Below are positions 56,365-64,000 of a DNA stretch of 64,000 nt, piece after piece (within the stretch, counting starts at the first letter, position 1; every line of letters starts with the position of its first letter). The notes under the pieces were generated by a model. It was not told the origin of the DNA. It saw only the letters and a program-made list of their open reading frames with translations, and did no database searches. The position numbers and the translations under genes were made by a program. The DNA comes from an uncultured Rhodospirillaceae bacterium (GTDB lineage: Bacteria > Pseudomonadota > Alphaproteobacteria > UBA9219): positions 133 through 64,132 of the forward strand of contig CAZVCG010000006.1 in NCBI GenBank assembly GCA_964626265.1, read 5' to 3'.

Positions 56365-59300
56365 TCAGGGCTGCGCCGTGGGTTCCGCCGTATTTGTTTC
56401 AGGTTCCTGTTTCTTTCCGTCTTTCGTCTCAGGTTTCGATTCTGTCATTGGCGGCGGAATCGAGGTATCGAAAAACAGGTTGCGCAAGAAACCTGGCGTG
56501 AGAAGCGAAACCGGATTCACGCCGATGCTGGGATCGTTCAGCTTGCCCTCGACGCTGTAGGCGACGGCAAGCACGCCGCCGCCCTCCCCGCCGGTTATCA
56601 CGTCGCCCAATAGCGGAATCACGTTGATGATCCTATTGAACAGGCTGAACGGCACCATCGTGCCCTTCAAGTTCGCGTGCCCCGAATTGAGATCGACGCG
56701 ACCGTCGATGTTCAGGCCGAACACCGAACCGGCGGCGCGAACTTTAATCAAATCCACCGTATCGTCTTGCCAGCGGAACTGGCCTTCCAGATGGTCGAAG
56801 CTGGCATTGCCCGTCACGAAGTCGATCAAGCCGAAAGGCGACGCGGCGCTCAGGAGCCGCGCCAAAACCGGCAATCCCGAAACGACGAAGCGGCCGATCT
56901 TGACGGTGCCTTCGATCAGACGAGGATTATCGGGCGCGCTTTCGCCTTTGATTTCGATCGGCCCGTCCTTGACGGTGTCGGTGAAGCCCATGCCTTTAAG
57001 GGCCTTGCCGAAGTCGTCGCAAATCATGCTGAAAACGCGCTTGCCGTTTTTAGCCGCGAGTGAAATATCGAGCGGGTGCCCGCCGTCGGCCATCCCGTGC
57101 AGTTCGATTTCGCTCCAGCCCTGCGCGTCACGCTTCGCTTTGGCCGTTATGTCCGAAATAAAGCCGTTTTCGCTTGTATGAAGCTTCCCAAGTTTCAGGG
57201 AATAGGCCTTGGGACGCGGATCGCTGCGGGCGGGGTCCTTGCCGCCCGTAAGGCCGCTGACGTCGAAAGATTCGCCCTCCGCAGAAAAGCTCAACTCTCC
57301 CTTGTCATCTGCCGTCTGCCGGAAACGCAGGTTCGCGTTCGTGCGGCCCAGAACAAGAGGAGTCAAATCCAGCTGCAGAAGACGTTGCGTCGCGCGGTCA
57401 AGTTCCGCCGAACCTTTGGCGTTTAGACCCGCGCCTTGCAAAATGATCGTCTTGACGTGGATGTTCTTGCCTTCCTCCATCTCGGCCTCAAACTTCAGCG
57501 CGGCGGCAATGCCAGCCAGTTTTTTCCACCCCAATTCATCGAACTGGATTTCGGCCTGCCTGAAGTCGATGTCGGCGGCGATTTTCGCCGGGCCTGACGC
57601 GAATTCGGCATATTCCAGATTGACGATCGACGGACCTTTCAGCTTGCCCGTAAGGTCGACGCCGAGTTGCGTCCATTGCTCGCCCGTGATCTGTCCGGAA
57701 ATGTTGGCTTTGTTTTTAGGTTCCGTTGAGTCCTTGTCAGGCGCGCTGAAGCGGCTCGCCCACATCAGATGCACAGGAACCTTGTTCAGGGACGCAGGGC
57801 CTTTCAGCGCATAGCTCTCCTTGTTGAGGTCCAAAGACAAATTCGACTGCGTTATGTCTATGCCGGGAATGATTTTTTGCGCGCTGAAGTTCGTCAATTG
57901 CGCTTGCGCCTTGATGTTAACGTCCTTCATAAGAAGAGATTTAAGCAACGGGAAACGCAATTCCAGCGTGCCTTCAAGCGCGCCGTCCGTATTGTCCGCG
58001 CTCAGGCCAACCGCTTTTGCGTAACCGAACGGCGGATTGTCCATCAACCTGATTACGTCGCGGACCGGGCCTTTAAGTTTAACCGGAAGGGTGATGTTTT
58101 GGACATTCTTTTGGAAATCCGTCATCTCGACCGTGAAAGGCACGACTTTCAAAGCGCCTATCCCGCCCGAAAAGACGTTCACGGTCATATGATCGAGATC
58201 GAAAGTCGCCTCGGCGTTGACCCCTTCGACTTTGGGCATCCCCTCAATGTAGGCGACAGTCGCGTTCGAAGCTGCGATGTGGCCTTCGGCGGATGCCAGC
58301 ACCATATTCCCAAGATCGTTCCACGCAAAAGACCCCTTGAGCGTCACGTCGCCTTGCGGAAACTTGCCTTTGCTCAGGTTAGCGACGATCCATTCCGAAG
58401 CGTTCGTGATGATCGGCTTCGGCCATACGTCGGCGTAGCGGTCCATCGGCAGGTCGGCGAGGCGTATGGTCGCGGTAAAAGCCATATCCGCCGGTTGCTG
58501 ATCCGAAGTGACTTTGGGCACGGGCGGTTTTCGGCCATCCACTTTCATGGTAAGCTTTGTAGCGCCGTCGAAATCCAGATCGGCCAAGGGAATGGCGAGG
58601 CGGCCCGTCTCGCGGTCATATGAGCCTTCAAGCCGCGCGGATTTGAAGGGACGCTTTTTGTCCCAGAACAAAGGAGCGTTTACATACCCTTCCCCGCCTT
58701 CGACGCGTCCATTGATCGAAACGATGTTGATGTCCTCGTCCGTCACGAACGCAAATCCTCCCGTGAGCGGCATATCGACATAAAGCCGTTCAGCCGTCTT
58801 CGGGCTGAGCGCGCCGAGCACGGACGGATTGATGTTCTTGAACTCCACGCTCACTTTGTGTTGCGAGCTTAAACGGTCAAAGGCGTATTGCGCCTCAAGC
58901 AACGTGCTGTGGTCTTTTTGAAAGACTTCGATTTTCGCGCGGCCTTTGAGGCTCTTCCACCCTTTTTTCAACGCGACTTCGGGAATGTTGATCGCCCAAT
59001 CCTGCGCCGTTTCTTCGTCGTGTACGGACAAAACGGCGTTCCTGACCGAAAGATCGTGCAAAGGCCCGACGCGCGTCAGGCCCCGCACGAAATGCTTGAT
59101 GCCTTCCCAGATGGATACGGCGTTCGGATCCCGCTCGCCGCCCCCCGTCGCCATGCCGCCGAACCAGACCGTGCCGTCGGCCTTGCGCACAAGCCATATC
59201 TGAGGATTTTCTATCTCCATTTCGGCAGGTAAAAATTGGCCTTTGAAATAGCCAAGAACATTCAATTTGAACTCGATAACGGGAATTTCCGCGATGATCC

Positions 59301-59562
59301 CGCCCGCCTCGTCGCGCAAGACCGCCTGTTCCCCCTGGATGGCCAGCGAATAATCCGCATTGTCCCATGCGATGCGCGTGCGGGCTATGCTGGCCTTCGT
59401 CTTGGGAAAGAGGGATTCTACGGCTGTTTCAATGTAAGGCGTCAGCGTAGTGGAGGCGATAGGCTTCGTCGCCACGCGCCAAACGGCGAGGCCCACGATA
59501 AGCATGTAGACGGCAATGAAAACCGCGACAAACTTGAACAATTTGACGAGCCAACGCTTCAT
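56365..59562 (-). CDS. AsmA/YhdP-family large envelope protein (DUF3971 plus AsmA_2 C-terminus)
   Basis: A 1065-aa product with an N-terminal TM anchor, a long beta-rich body, and the C-terminal motif GTMVPFSLFNRIINVIPLLGDVI...VAYSVEGKLNDPSIGVNPVSLLTPGFLRNLF. Confidence 0.75.
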   Translation of the reverse strand: MKRWLVKLFKFVAVFIAVYMLIVGLAVWRVATKPIASTTLTPYIETAVESLFPKTKASIARTRIAWDNADYSLAIQGEQAVLRDEAGGIIAEIPVIEFKLNVLGYFKGQFLPAEMEIENPQIWLVRKADGTVWFGGMATGGGERDPNAVSIWEGIKHFVRGLTRVGPLHDLSVRNAVLSVHDEETAQDWAINIPEVALKKGWKSLKGRAKIEVFQKDHSTLLEAQYAFDRLSSQHKVSVEFKNINPSVLGALSPKTAERLYVDMPLTGGFAFVTDEDINIVSINGRVEGGEGYVNAPLFWDKKRPFKSARLEGSYDRETGRLAIPLADLDFDGATKLTMKVDGRKPPVPKVTSDQQPADMAFTATIRLADLPMDRYADVWPKPIITNASEWIVANLSKGKFPQGDVTLKGSFAWNDLGNMVLASAEGHIAASNATVAYIEGMPKVEGVNAEATFDLDHMTVNVFSGGIGALKVVPFTVEMTDFQKNVQNITLPVKLKGPVRDVIRLMDNPPFGYAKAVGLSADNTDGALEGTLELRFPLLKSLLMKDVNIKAQAQLTNFSAQKIIPGIDITQSNLSLDLNKESYALKGPASLNKVPVHLMWASRFSAPDKDSTEPKNKANISGQITGEQWTQLGVDLTGKLKGPSIVNLEYAEFASGPAKIAADIDFRQAEIQFDELGWKKLAGIAAALKFEAEMEEGKNIHVKTIILQGAGLNAKGSAELDRATQRLLQLDLTPLVLGRTNANLRFRQTADDKGELSFSAEGESFDVSGLTGGKDPARSDPRPKAYSLKLGKLHTSENGFISDITAKAKRDAQGWSEIELHGMADGGHPLDISLAAKNGKRVFSMICDDFGKALKGMGFTDTVKDGPIEIKGESAPDNPRLIEGTVKIGRFVVSGLPVLARLLSAASPFGLIDFVTGNASFDHLEGQFRWQDDTVDLIKVRAAGSVFGLNIDGRVDLNSGHANLKGTMVPFSLFNRIINVIPLLGDVITGGEGGGVLAVAYSVEGKLNDPSIGVNPVSLLTPGFLRNLFFDTSIPPPMTESKPETKDGKKQEPETNTAEPTAQP

Positions 59563-59691
59563 AGCGCGGGAGAATAGAGGCCGCTTATCGCGCTGTCATG
59601 CTAAATATGAAACCGTTTCAAGCCCCCCTTTTCTTATTGATAAAACTGATATAGTTTCCCCTCCAACTGGCTACTTTTCAACGAGGTTCCC

Positions 59692-59793
59692 ATGCCCTGT
59701 ATGTGCAAATGCAAAGCGTCGTCCTGCGCCAAGCCCGCGGCCAAAAAGGCCAAGACCGCCAAGCCCAAAGCCAAGAAAGCCAAAAAGAAGTAG
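59692..59793 (+). CDS. 33-aa Cys/Lys-rich small ORF (MPCMCKCKASSCAKPAAKKAKTAKPKAKKAKKK), translationally coupled to tsaC
   Basis: It has a GAGG RBS 6 nt upstream. Its TAG stop overlaps the GTG start of the downstream gene (TAGTG). Confidence 0.35.
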   Translation: MPCMCKCKASSCAKPAAKKAKTAKPKAKKAKKK

Positions 59794-60770
59794 TGACCTC
59801 TTTCCCGCGCATAGTCGCCGCCACGCCTGACGTGCTGGAGAAGGCCGCCGCATGTCTTCGCGACGGAAGGCTTGTCGCCTTCCCAACGGAGACGGTGTAC
59901 GGACTTGGCGGCGATGCAACCAACGATAAAGCCGTCGCGGCGATATATGCCGCCAAGGGACGGCCGCAGTTCAATCCTCTCATCATCCATGTGACGGAAA
60001 CAAGCGACGCCGAAAATCTCGTCGTCTGGAACGAAGCGGCGCAACTACTGGCGCGTACGTTTTGGCCGGGACCTTTGACGCTCGTCCTGCCGCGCAAGCC
60101 GGATTGCCCTGTATCGCTTTTGGCGAGCGCAGGGTTTGATACGTTGGCTATACGCATTCCCGCGCATTCCGTCGCGCGCGATTTGATCAAAGCCGCCGGA
60201 GTCCCCATCGCCGCGCCAAGCGCAAACGCGTTCGGGAAACTTAGCCCGACCACGCCGCAACATGTCGCGGATTCTCTCGGCGGCAACGTCGATATGATTT
60301 TGGACGGCGGCCAAACGAAAGTCGGCGTCGAATCCACGGTGCTTGATCTTACGTCGTCCCCGCCCGCGATTTTGCGGCCCGGCGGCATTACTTGCGAACA
60401 ACTCGAAGAGGTTATCGGCCCGATTGAGCTTGCGACGGGTCCAAGCAGCGGCAAGCTGAAAAGCCCCGGCTTGTTGTCCAGCCATTACGCGCCCCAACAT
60501 CCTTTGCGCTTGAACGCCGCCGAAGCCAAAGCTGACGAGGGCCTGCTGTGCTTCGGGAACGACAAGGACGTCAAAGGCGGAGCCGTGCGGCTTAACCTAA
60601 GTCCTTCGGGCGATCTTTGCGAAGCGGCGGCCAATCTCTTTTCGATGCTGCGGCAGCTCGATCAAGAGTCAGTGCGCCGCATCGCCGTCATGCCCATCCC
60701 CGACACGGGGCTGGGCATGGCTATCAACGACCGCCTGACCCGCGCCGCCGCGCCGCGTGGAAGTTTATGA
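59793..60770 (+). CDS. tsaC: L-threonylcarbamoyladenylate synthase, Sua5 type (YrdC plus Sua5 domains)
   Basis: RLVAFPTETVYGLGGDA and SANAFGK motifs with a C-terminal Sua5 domain. The start is the GTG at 59793. The ORF track begins at 59703 in the same frame. Confidence 0.85.
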   Translation: MTSFPRIVAATPDVLEKAAACLRDGRLVAFPTETVYGLGGDATNDKAVAAIYAAKGRPQFNPLIIHVTETSDAENLVVWNEAAQLLARTFWPGPLTLVLPRKPDCPVSLLASAGFDTLAIRIPAHSVARDLIKAAGVPIAAPSANAFGKLSPTTPQHVADSLGGNVDMILDGGQTKVGVESTVLDLTSSPPAILRPGGITCEQLEEVIGPIELATGPSSGKLKSPGLLSSHYAPQHPLRLNAAEAKADEGLLCFGNDKDVKGGAVRLNLSPSGDLCEAAANLFSMLRQLDQESVRRIAVMPIPDTGLGMAINDRLTRAAAPRGSL

Positions 60771-60790
60771 CCTGAGTACAGAACTGCCAT

Positions 60791-61450
60791 TCACCCCGCC
60801 ATATCGCCCTGAGGGCAAAGATTTTTATACGTTATCATGTTCCATATGCCGTCCAAGCACTGGTACAAATACTCTTCGCAATTATTAATATTTCTATACA
60901 CGGTTTGCCCGCTCTGGTAGCTCCCCCCTACCCCCACAATATACCCATCACACCCCTTAAGGGTTGTGGGTGTTGATCCCCCACTTATAGGAACACAAAC
61001 GGGTGTACCATTGTTTATTGAGTTGATGGCTTTGCCGGAGGGACATGTGACGGTCTGTGCAAAGGATTTACATACCGGCTGGCCATTCTGAATGGCCGTA
61101 AGAGCCAAGCCTGCCGGACAATCTATGTTAGGAAGCTTTGCGTCACCGCTGCCATCGGCGCATAACGGGGCGCCGTTTTGGATGCCCACCAAAAACTGCC
61201 CTTCCGCGCACTTCGCCTGCTGGCCATTGACTTGCGTGGATATGTAAGGCGAAGGATCAACGCATTTGACAACGCAATCGCTCCCGTTGCATGTCCATCT
61301 TAGCATTTGGTCGTTGCCCGGACATCCGTTAACGCCATTGCTCCCTTCGGGAGGGAATAGCGTTCCTGCAAGCGCGAAGGACGATGATAAAACGATTACG
61401 GCGAAAAACAGATTTGAGAGAAACGAACGCATAGCAACCTCCGCCAACAT
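60791..61450 (-). CDS. secreted Cys-rich repeat protein
   Basis: Signal peptide and three or more repeats of C-x2-G-x-[AF]L-x-[GA]IQNG-x-P-[LV]-C. The region has lower GC. Confidence 0.5.
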   Translation of the reverse strand: MLAEVAMRSFLSNLFFAVIVLSSSFALAGTLFPPEGSNGVNGCPGNDQMLRWTCNGSDCVVKCVDPSPYISTQVNGQQAKCAEGQFLVGIQNGAPLCADGSGDAKLPNIDCPAGLALTAIQNGQPVCKSFAQTVTCPSGKAINSINNGTPVCVPISGGSTPTTLKGCDGYIVGVGGSYQSGQTVYRNINNCEEYLYQCLDGIWNMITYKNLCPQGDMAG

Positions 61451-61596
61451 TAAGGAAACAGCCTAAGCTAAAAAACTATGTTTAACTAAAGGTTAATCGC
61501 TGTTGGCTCGCGTCTTCTCCGATTAATAGTGTACCAAATGAGGCTTATATGATATATGGGTGTTGTTGAACTCCCCATTCGACAGAGGATGCCGTA

Positions 61597-61782
61597 ATGA
61601 CTCGCTACGCTGGCCCACTGGTTGCTGAAGTTTGCTATCCATACAAACTCGTAATAATCGTCCCCCCTACCGAAGGTCAGGAAATTTGCGAGGTGGAACA
61701 TCCCCACATAGGCAACGGCAAATCGTTCGGCTCTTATTGGATCGACCACGCTTTCAAAAAACAGCGCAAGCATCATCTCTGA
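61597..61782 (+). CDS. 61-aa His-rich small protein, paralog A
   Basis: AGAGGA RBS upstream. It shares EVC...HPHIG...F(K)..R.HHL with the ORF at 62060-62245. Confidence 0.4.
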   Translation: MTRYAGPLVAEVCYPYKLVIIVPPTEGQEICEVEHPHIGNGKSFGSYWIDHAFKKQRKHHL

Positions 61783-62059
61783 CCGCCTAAATGCGGTATT
61801 CCTACCTATTGCCGTTCATCTTTTTCCAGAATGAAGGCTGGGCTGATTCGCGCCTGAACGCACGAGTCGAGACGGTCTCATATCGCCCATGAAACGACCT
61901 TGCTTTTCGCGCAATGAAACACAAAACGGCAATGCGCGCACGATCGTTTTATTATCCTCAAACGCCCCGCAAAAGCACAATAATTAGCGTGGAAACGCGC
62001 ATGTTTTTTTGATAGAAGGCGCTCGCGGTCCCTCGCCTTTTTGATCGTTCGAGCCTTTC

Positions 62060-62245
62060 ATGACTCATATCTACCGACAGACAGAAATCGAAGTTTGCGG
62101 CGCCCGTATTCATCATCATTACCACCATCCATCGCATCATGGCGACGACCATCCCCATATCGGTCCTCATCCGCATGACGGCTATCTTTGGGGAACGTAC
62201 GGCGACGAACACCGTTTCAAGCACCGCCGCCATCATCATCTCTAG
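62060..62245 (+). CDS. 61-aa His-rich small protein, paralog B (20 His residues)
   Basis: MTHIYRQTEIEVCGARIHHHYHHPSHHGDDHPHIGPHPHDGYLWGTYGDEHRFKHRRHHHL. It is collinear with paralog A. Confidence 0.4.
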   Translation: MTHIYRQTEIEVCGARIHHHYHHPSHHGDDHPHIGPHPHDGYLWGTYGDEHRFKHRRHHHL

Positions 62246-62269
62246 AGAGTGGCGATTTAAGGACCGATC

Positions 62270-62325
62270 ACCCTCCCCATGCGGGAGGTTCGAAATCGCT
62301 TTGGCGATTTCGGGGAGGGGTTAGT
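62270..62325. repeat. REP-like hairpins (CCCTCCCCATGCGGGAGG; CGAAATCGCTTTGGCGATTTCG; GGGGAGGGG)
   Basis: They lie between convergent genes. Confidence 0.5.
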
Positions 62326-62371
62326 ATTTAACGAACCCTTCACCTTGTTTACTTCATCATTCCCTAGTCGT

Positions 62372-63436
62372 TTATCCGACTATGCCCGTGGCATACACGC
62401 TTGAGCGGCGTCTGTTCTCGTCATCGCGCGCATAGAGCGACTGGCGCGCCGTTGCCGTCAATGCGTCGGCATCCATCTGCGCGATCATCATGGCGGCAAC
62501 CGGCGATGACATCGTCGAAGCCGCTTTGCCGGATTTCGTCAGCGGCAGCATGGCCGCCGCAGATGATGGCGCGTTCATGCCCGCAACGCCGGATGCCGCC
62601 ACATTGTAAGACGAACGCGTTTTTGATCCCGCAAACTGCGTTGCGCCCGATGAGCCGCTCGTTGAGTGTTCAAACTTTTGGGCGAAGCGTTTGTACACTT
62701 GCGCCACGGTCTGCGGTTGGCCGTTTTTGTCGTAGAAAACCGATGCATTGGCCGAAGCCGCCGTGGGCAACACATCGGCGGCGATGGCGTTCGGGTTTTG
62801 GCGCATCGTGTTTATGAAGTTGGCTGCGCCGCCGATGCCAAGGAAATGCGCGAGATAGAGTTCCGTGTGGCCGATCTTTCCGCCGACTTCGCTTTTCAAG
62901 GCGGTCTTGTTTTCGTTCGTGAGTTCAGCCGCCAAATGGGCGGAGACTTCGGGGTCTTTGCGCAGGGCCAAAATCTCTTTTTTTATTTGCTTGTCGGCCA
63001 CGCGGGCAATGCCGTCTGAACCTATAGAAATGCGATCCGCCGCTTCGCCTAGGCCATACTTGTTTCCATATAACTTGACCATTCGCAGCCATGTTTGCTC
63101 GACGAATTGGAACAGGCCCGTGGCGGTGCTTGTCTTGGCCTTGGCTGTGGGGTTCAAACCGCTTTCTTGCGTGGCGTTCTTGAGCAAATAGGAAAATTCT
63201 ACCCCCGACGTGGCGCTTGCCTTTTGAAGGGATTGCGTGACGCGATGGACAGGATTCACATCCTGCCATGCAAACCCTTGATAAGAGTGAATATTGCTCA
63301 ACGCCTCGACCACTTTCGAACTCCCTTGTCTGGCCCTGACTTCCTGACACCCCCTCATTAGCAAGCGGTGTGCCAAAACGATCAGAAAGCAATGGGGACA
63401 CAATAAAAAAAGCTCATAAAACATGTTAAAATTCAA
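62372..63436 (-). CDS. lytic transglycosylase (SLT domain) protein
   Basis: ESGLNPTAKAKTSTATGLFQFVEQTW catalytic-region motif. It has a Ser/Ala-rich C-terminus. Confidence 0.7.
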   Translation of the reverse strand: MNFNMFYELFLLCPHCFLIVLAHRLLMRGCQEVRARQGSSKVVEALSNIHSYQGFAWQDVNPVHRVTQSLQKASATSGVEFSYLLKNATQESGLNPTAKAKTSTATGLFQFVEQTWLRMVKLYGNKYGLGEAADRISIGSDGIARVADKQIKKEILALRKDPEVSAHLAAELTNENKTALKSEVGGKIGHTELYLAHFLGIGGAANFINTMRQNPNAIAADVLPTAASANASVFYDKNGQPQTVAQVYKRFAQKFEHSTSGSSGATQFAGSKTRSSYNVAASGVAGMNAPSSAAAMLPLTKSGKAASTMSSPVAAMMIAQMDADALTATARQSLYARDDENRRRSSVYATGIVG

Positions 63437-63468
63437 AGGCTTGTTTGTAGCTTTTTTATTATGTCCCC
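63394..63468. repeat. MITE copy
   Basis: GGGGACACAATAAAAAAAGC...GCTTTTTTATTATGTCCCC, in a divergent promoter region. Confidence 0.7.
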
Positions 63469-63573
63469 ATCGCCTTTCTGCGATCTTAAGGCCGTTTTAA
63501 GCCTAATCGGGCATACTTGGAACATTAGGGAACAAGGATTTATAAGACTATATATTTCCAAGGGTATTTGATC

Positions 63574-63786
63574 ATGTCGAGCATTGAAACTATCGGCTCC
63601 GCCACTGCGTCCGCGCAAACTTCGCACAGCGAATCGTCGGCAAAAGCTGCCGGACAAACGGCTGAATATTCTAAGGACAAGACCCCGCCCCCCCCGCCAC
63701 AGGAAGAAGGCCAAACCTTCAGCGCCTACGACACCGTGCAAAGCGCCAGCAGCTCCACGGTCAAAGGCGTGAATGTGGTGATTTAG
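63574..63786 (+). CDS. small low-complexity hypothetical protein
   Basis: A 70-aa Ser/Ala/Pro-rich ORF. Support is weak. Confidence 0.2.
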   Translation: MSSIETIGSATASAQTSHSESSAKAAGQTAEYSKDKTPPPPPQEEGQTFSAYDTVQSASSSTVKGVNVVI

Positions 63787-63805
63787 AAATTTTCTTTGAA
63801 GTTAA

Positions 63806-63915
63806 GTGTCATTCCCGCGAAAGCGGGAATCTAGCATCGCGCGTCTGCGCGATTTATGACTCATATGGCTCGCTGACGCTCGCCGCTGGATCCCCGTTTT
63901 CACGGGGATGACACG
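63806..63915. repeat. compound palindromic repeat element, copy R3
   Basis: GTGTCATTCCCGCGAAAGCGGGAATC...GGATCCCCGTTTTCACGGGGATGACAC. Confidence 0.7.
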
Positions 63916-64000
63916 TTAGGTTAACGGAAAAACTGACCTATTCCACCGCCAACAATTTGGCTTGGATAACCGTGCGGCGGAGTTCGAGCGCATCGCGCTC

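Noticed and set aside
57769-58623. 284-aa ORF on the plus strand (and others at 56624-57814)
   Set aside because: They are antisense to the AsmA/YhdP-like gene.
61486-61776. 96-aa minus-strand ORF
   Set aside because: It overlaps the plus-strand 61-aa His-rich ORF, which has a good RBS and a conserved paralog. The plus strand is favoured.

Overview
This window looks like an alphaproteobacterial chromosome at roughly 55-60% GC. The gene content fits that: divergent fliX/flgI, a CpdR-like receiver, DUF1013/DUF1192/DUF465 proteins, a TlpA-like oxidoreductase, and a lipoprotein-lysA-TIGR02302-like membrane protein neighbourhood. The left ~13.9 kb is a phage-derived element integrated at a tRNA-Leu(CAA). 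It carries an XRE repressor with a large palindromic operator, a CHC2/Toprim primase, a DUF1376 protein, a ParB-like nuclease, a ParB-methyltransferase fusion, a HAD-like protein, a CmoA (carboxy-SAM synthase) homolog, TerS and TerL. A large serine recombinase and a catalytically degenerate resolvase-domain paralog follow TerL directly, and no portal, capsid or tail genes are present in the window. The ParB/MTase/HAD-like/CmoA operon is the most unusual feature and is a candidate phage nucleic-acid modification module. The rest of the window is chromosomal. It holds a lysA block and a flagellar operon (flgI, rod-binding protein, FlgN-like, fliK, flgD) with divergent fliX. Further along are dksA, ugd, galU, cpdR, ftsEX, plsC, dut, a ferredoxin/ferredoxin-NADP reductase pair, an IS481-family insertion next to a low-GC islet, mdh, pilD, murJ, trpS, cysE, purE, a phosphofructokinase gene, an AsmA/YhdP-like gene and Sua5-type tsaC. 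A 689-aa orphan ORF has no recognisable domain. The low-GC islet carries an SDH/ClpP-fold serine protease with a small basic partner ORF. The window is unusually rich in at least three dispersed small-repeat families. One is a ~75-bp MITE with GGGGACACAATAAAAAAGG inverted termini. One is a set of REP-like CCTCTCCC/GGGAGAGG hairpins that show compensatory covariation. One is a GTCATTCCCGCG...GGGAATGAC compound palindromic element that generates spurious ORFs. Other small items are a Lys/Cys-rich 33-aa ORF translationally coupled to tsaC, two paralogous 61-aa His-rich ORFs, a frameshift at an A9 run, and several operator-like repeat arrays. No CRISPR array or rRNA was found.
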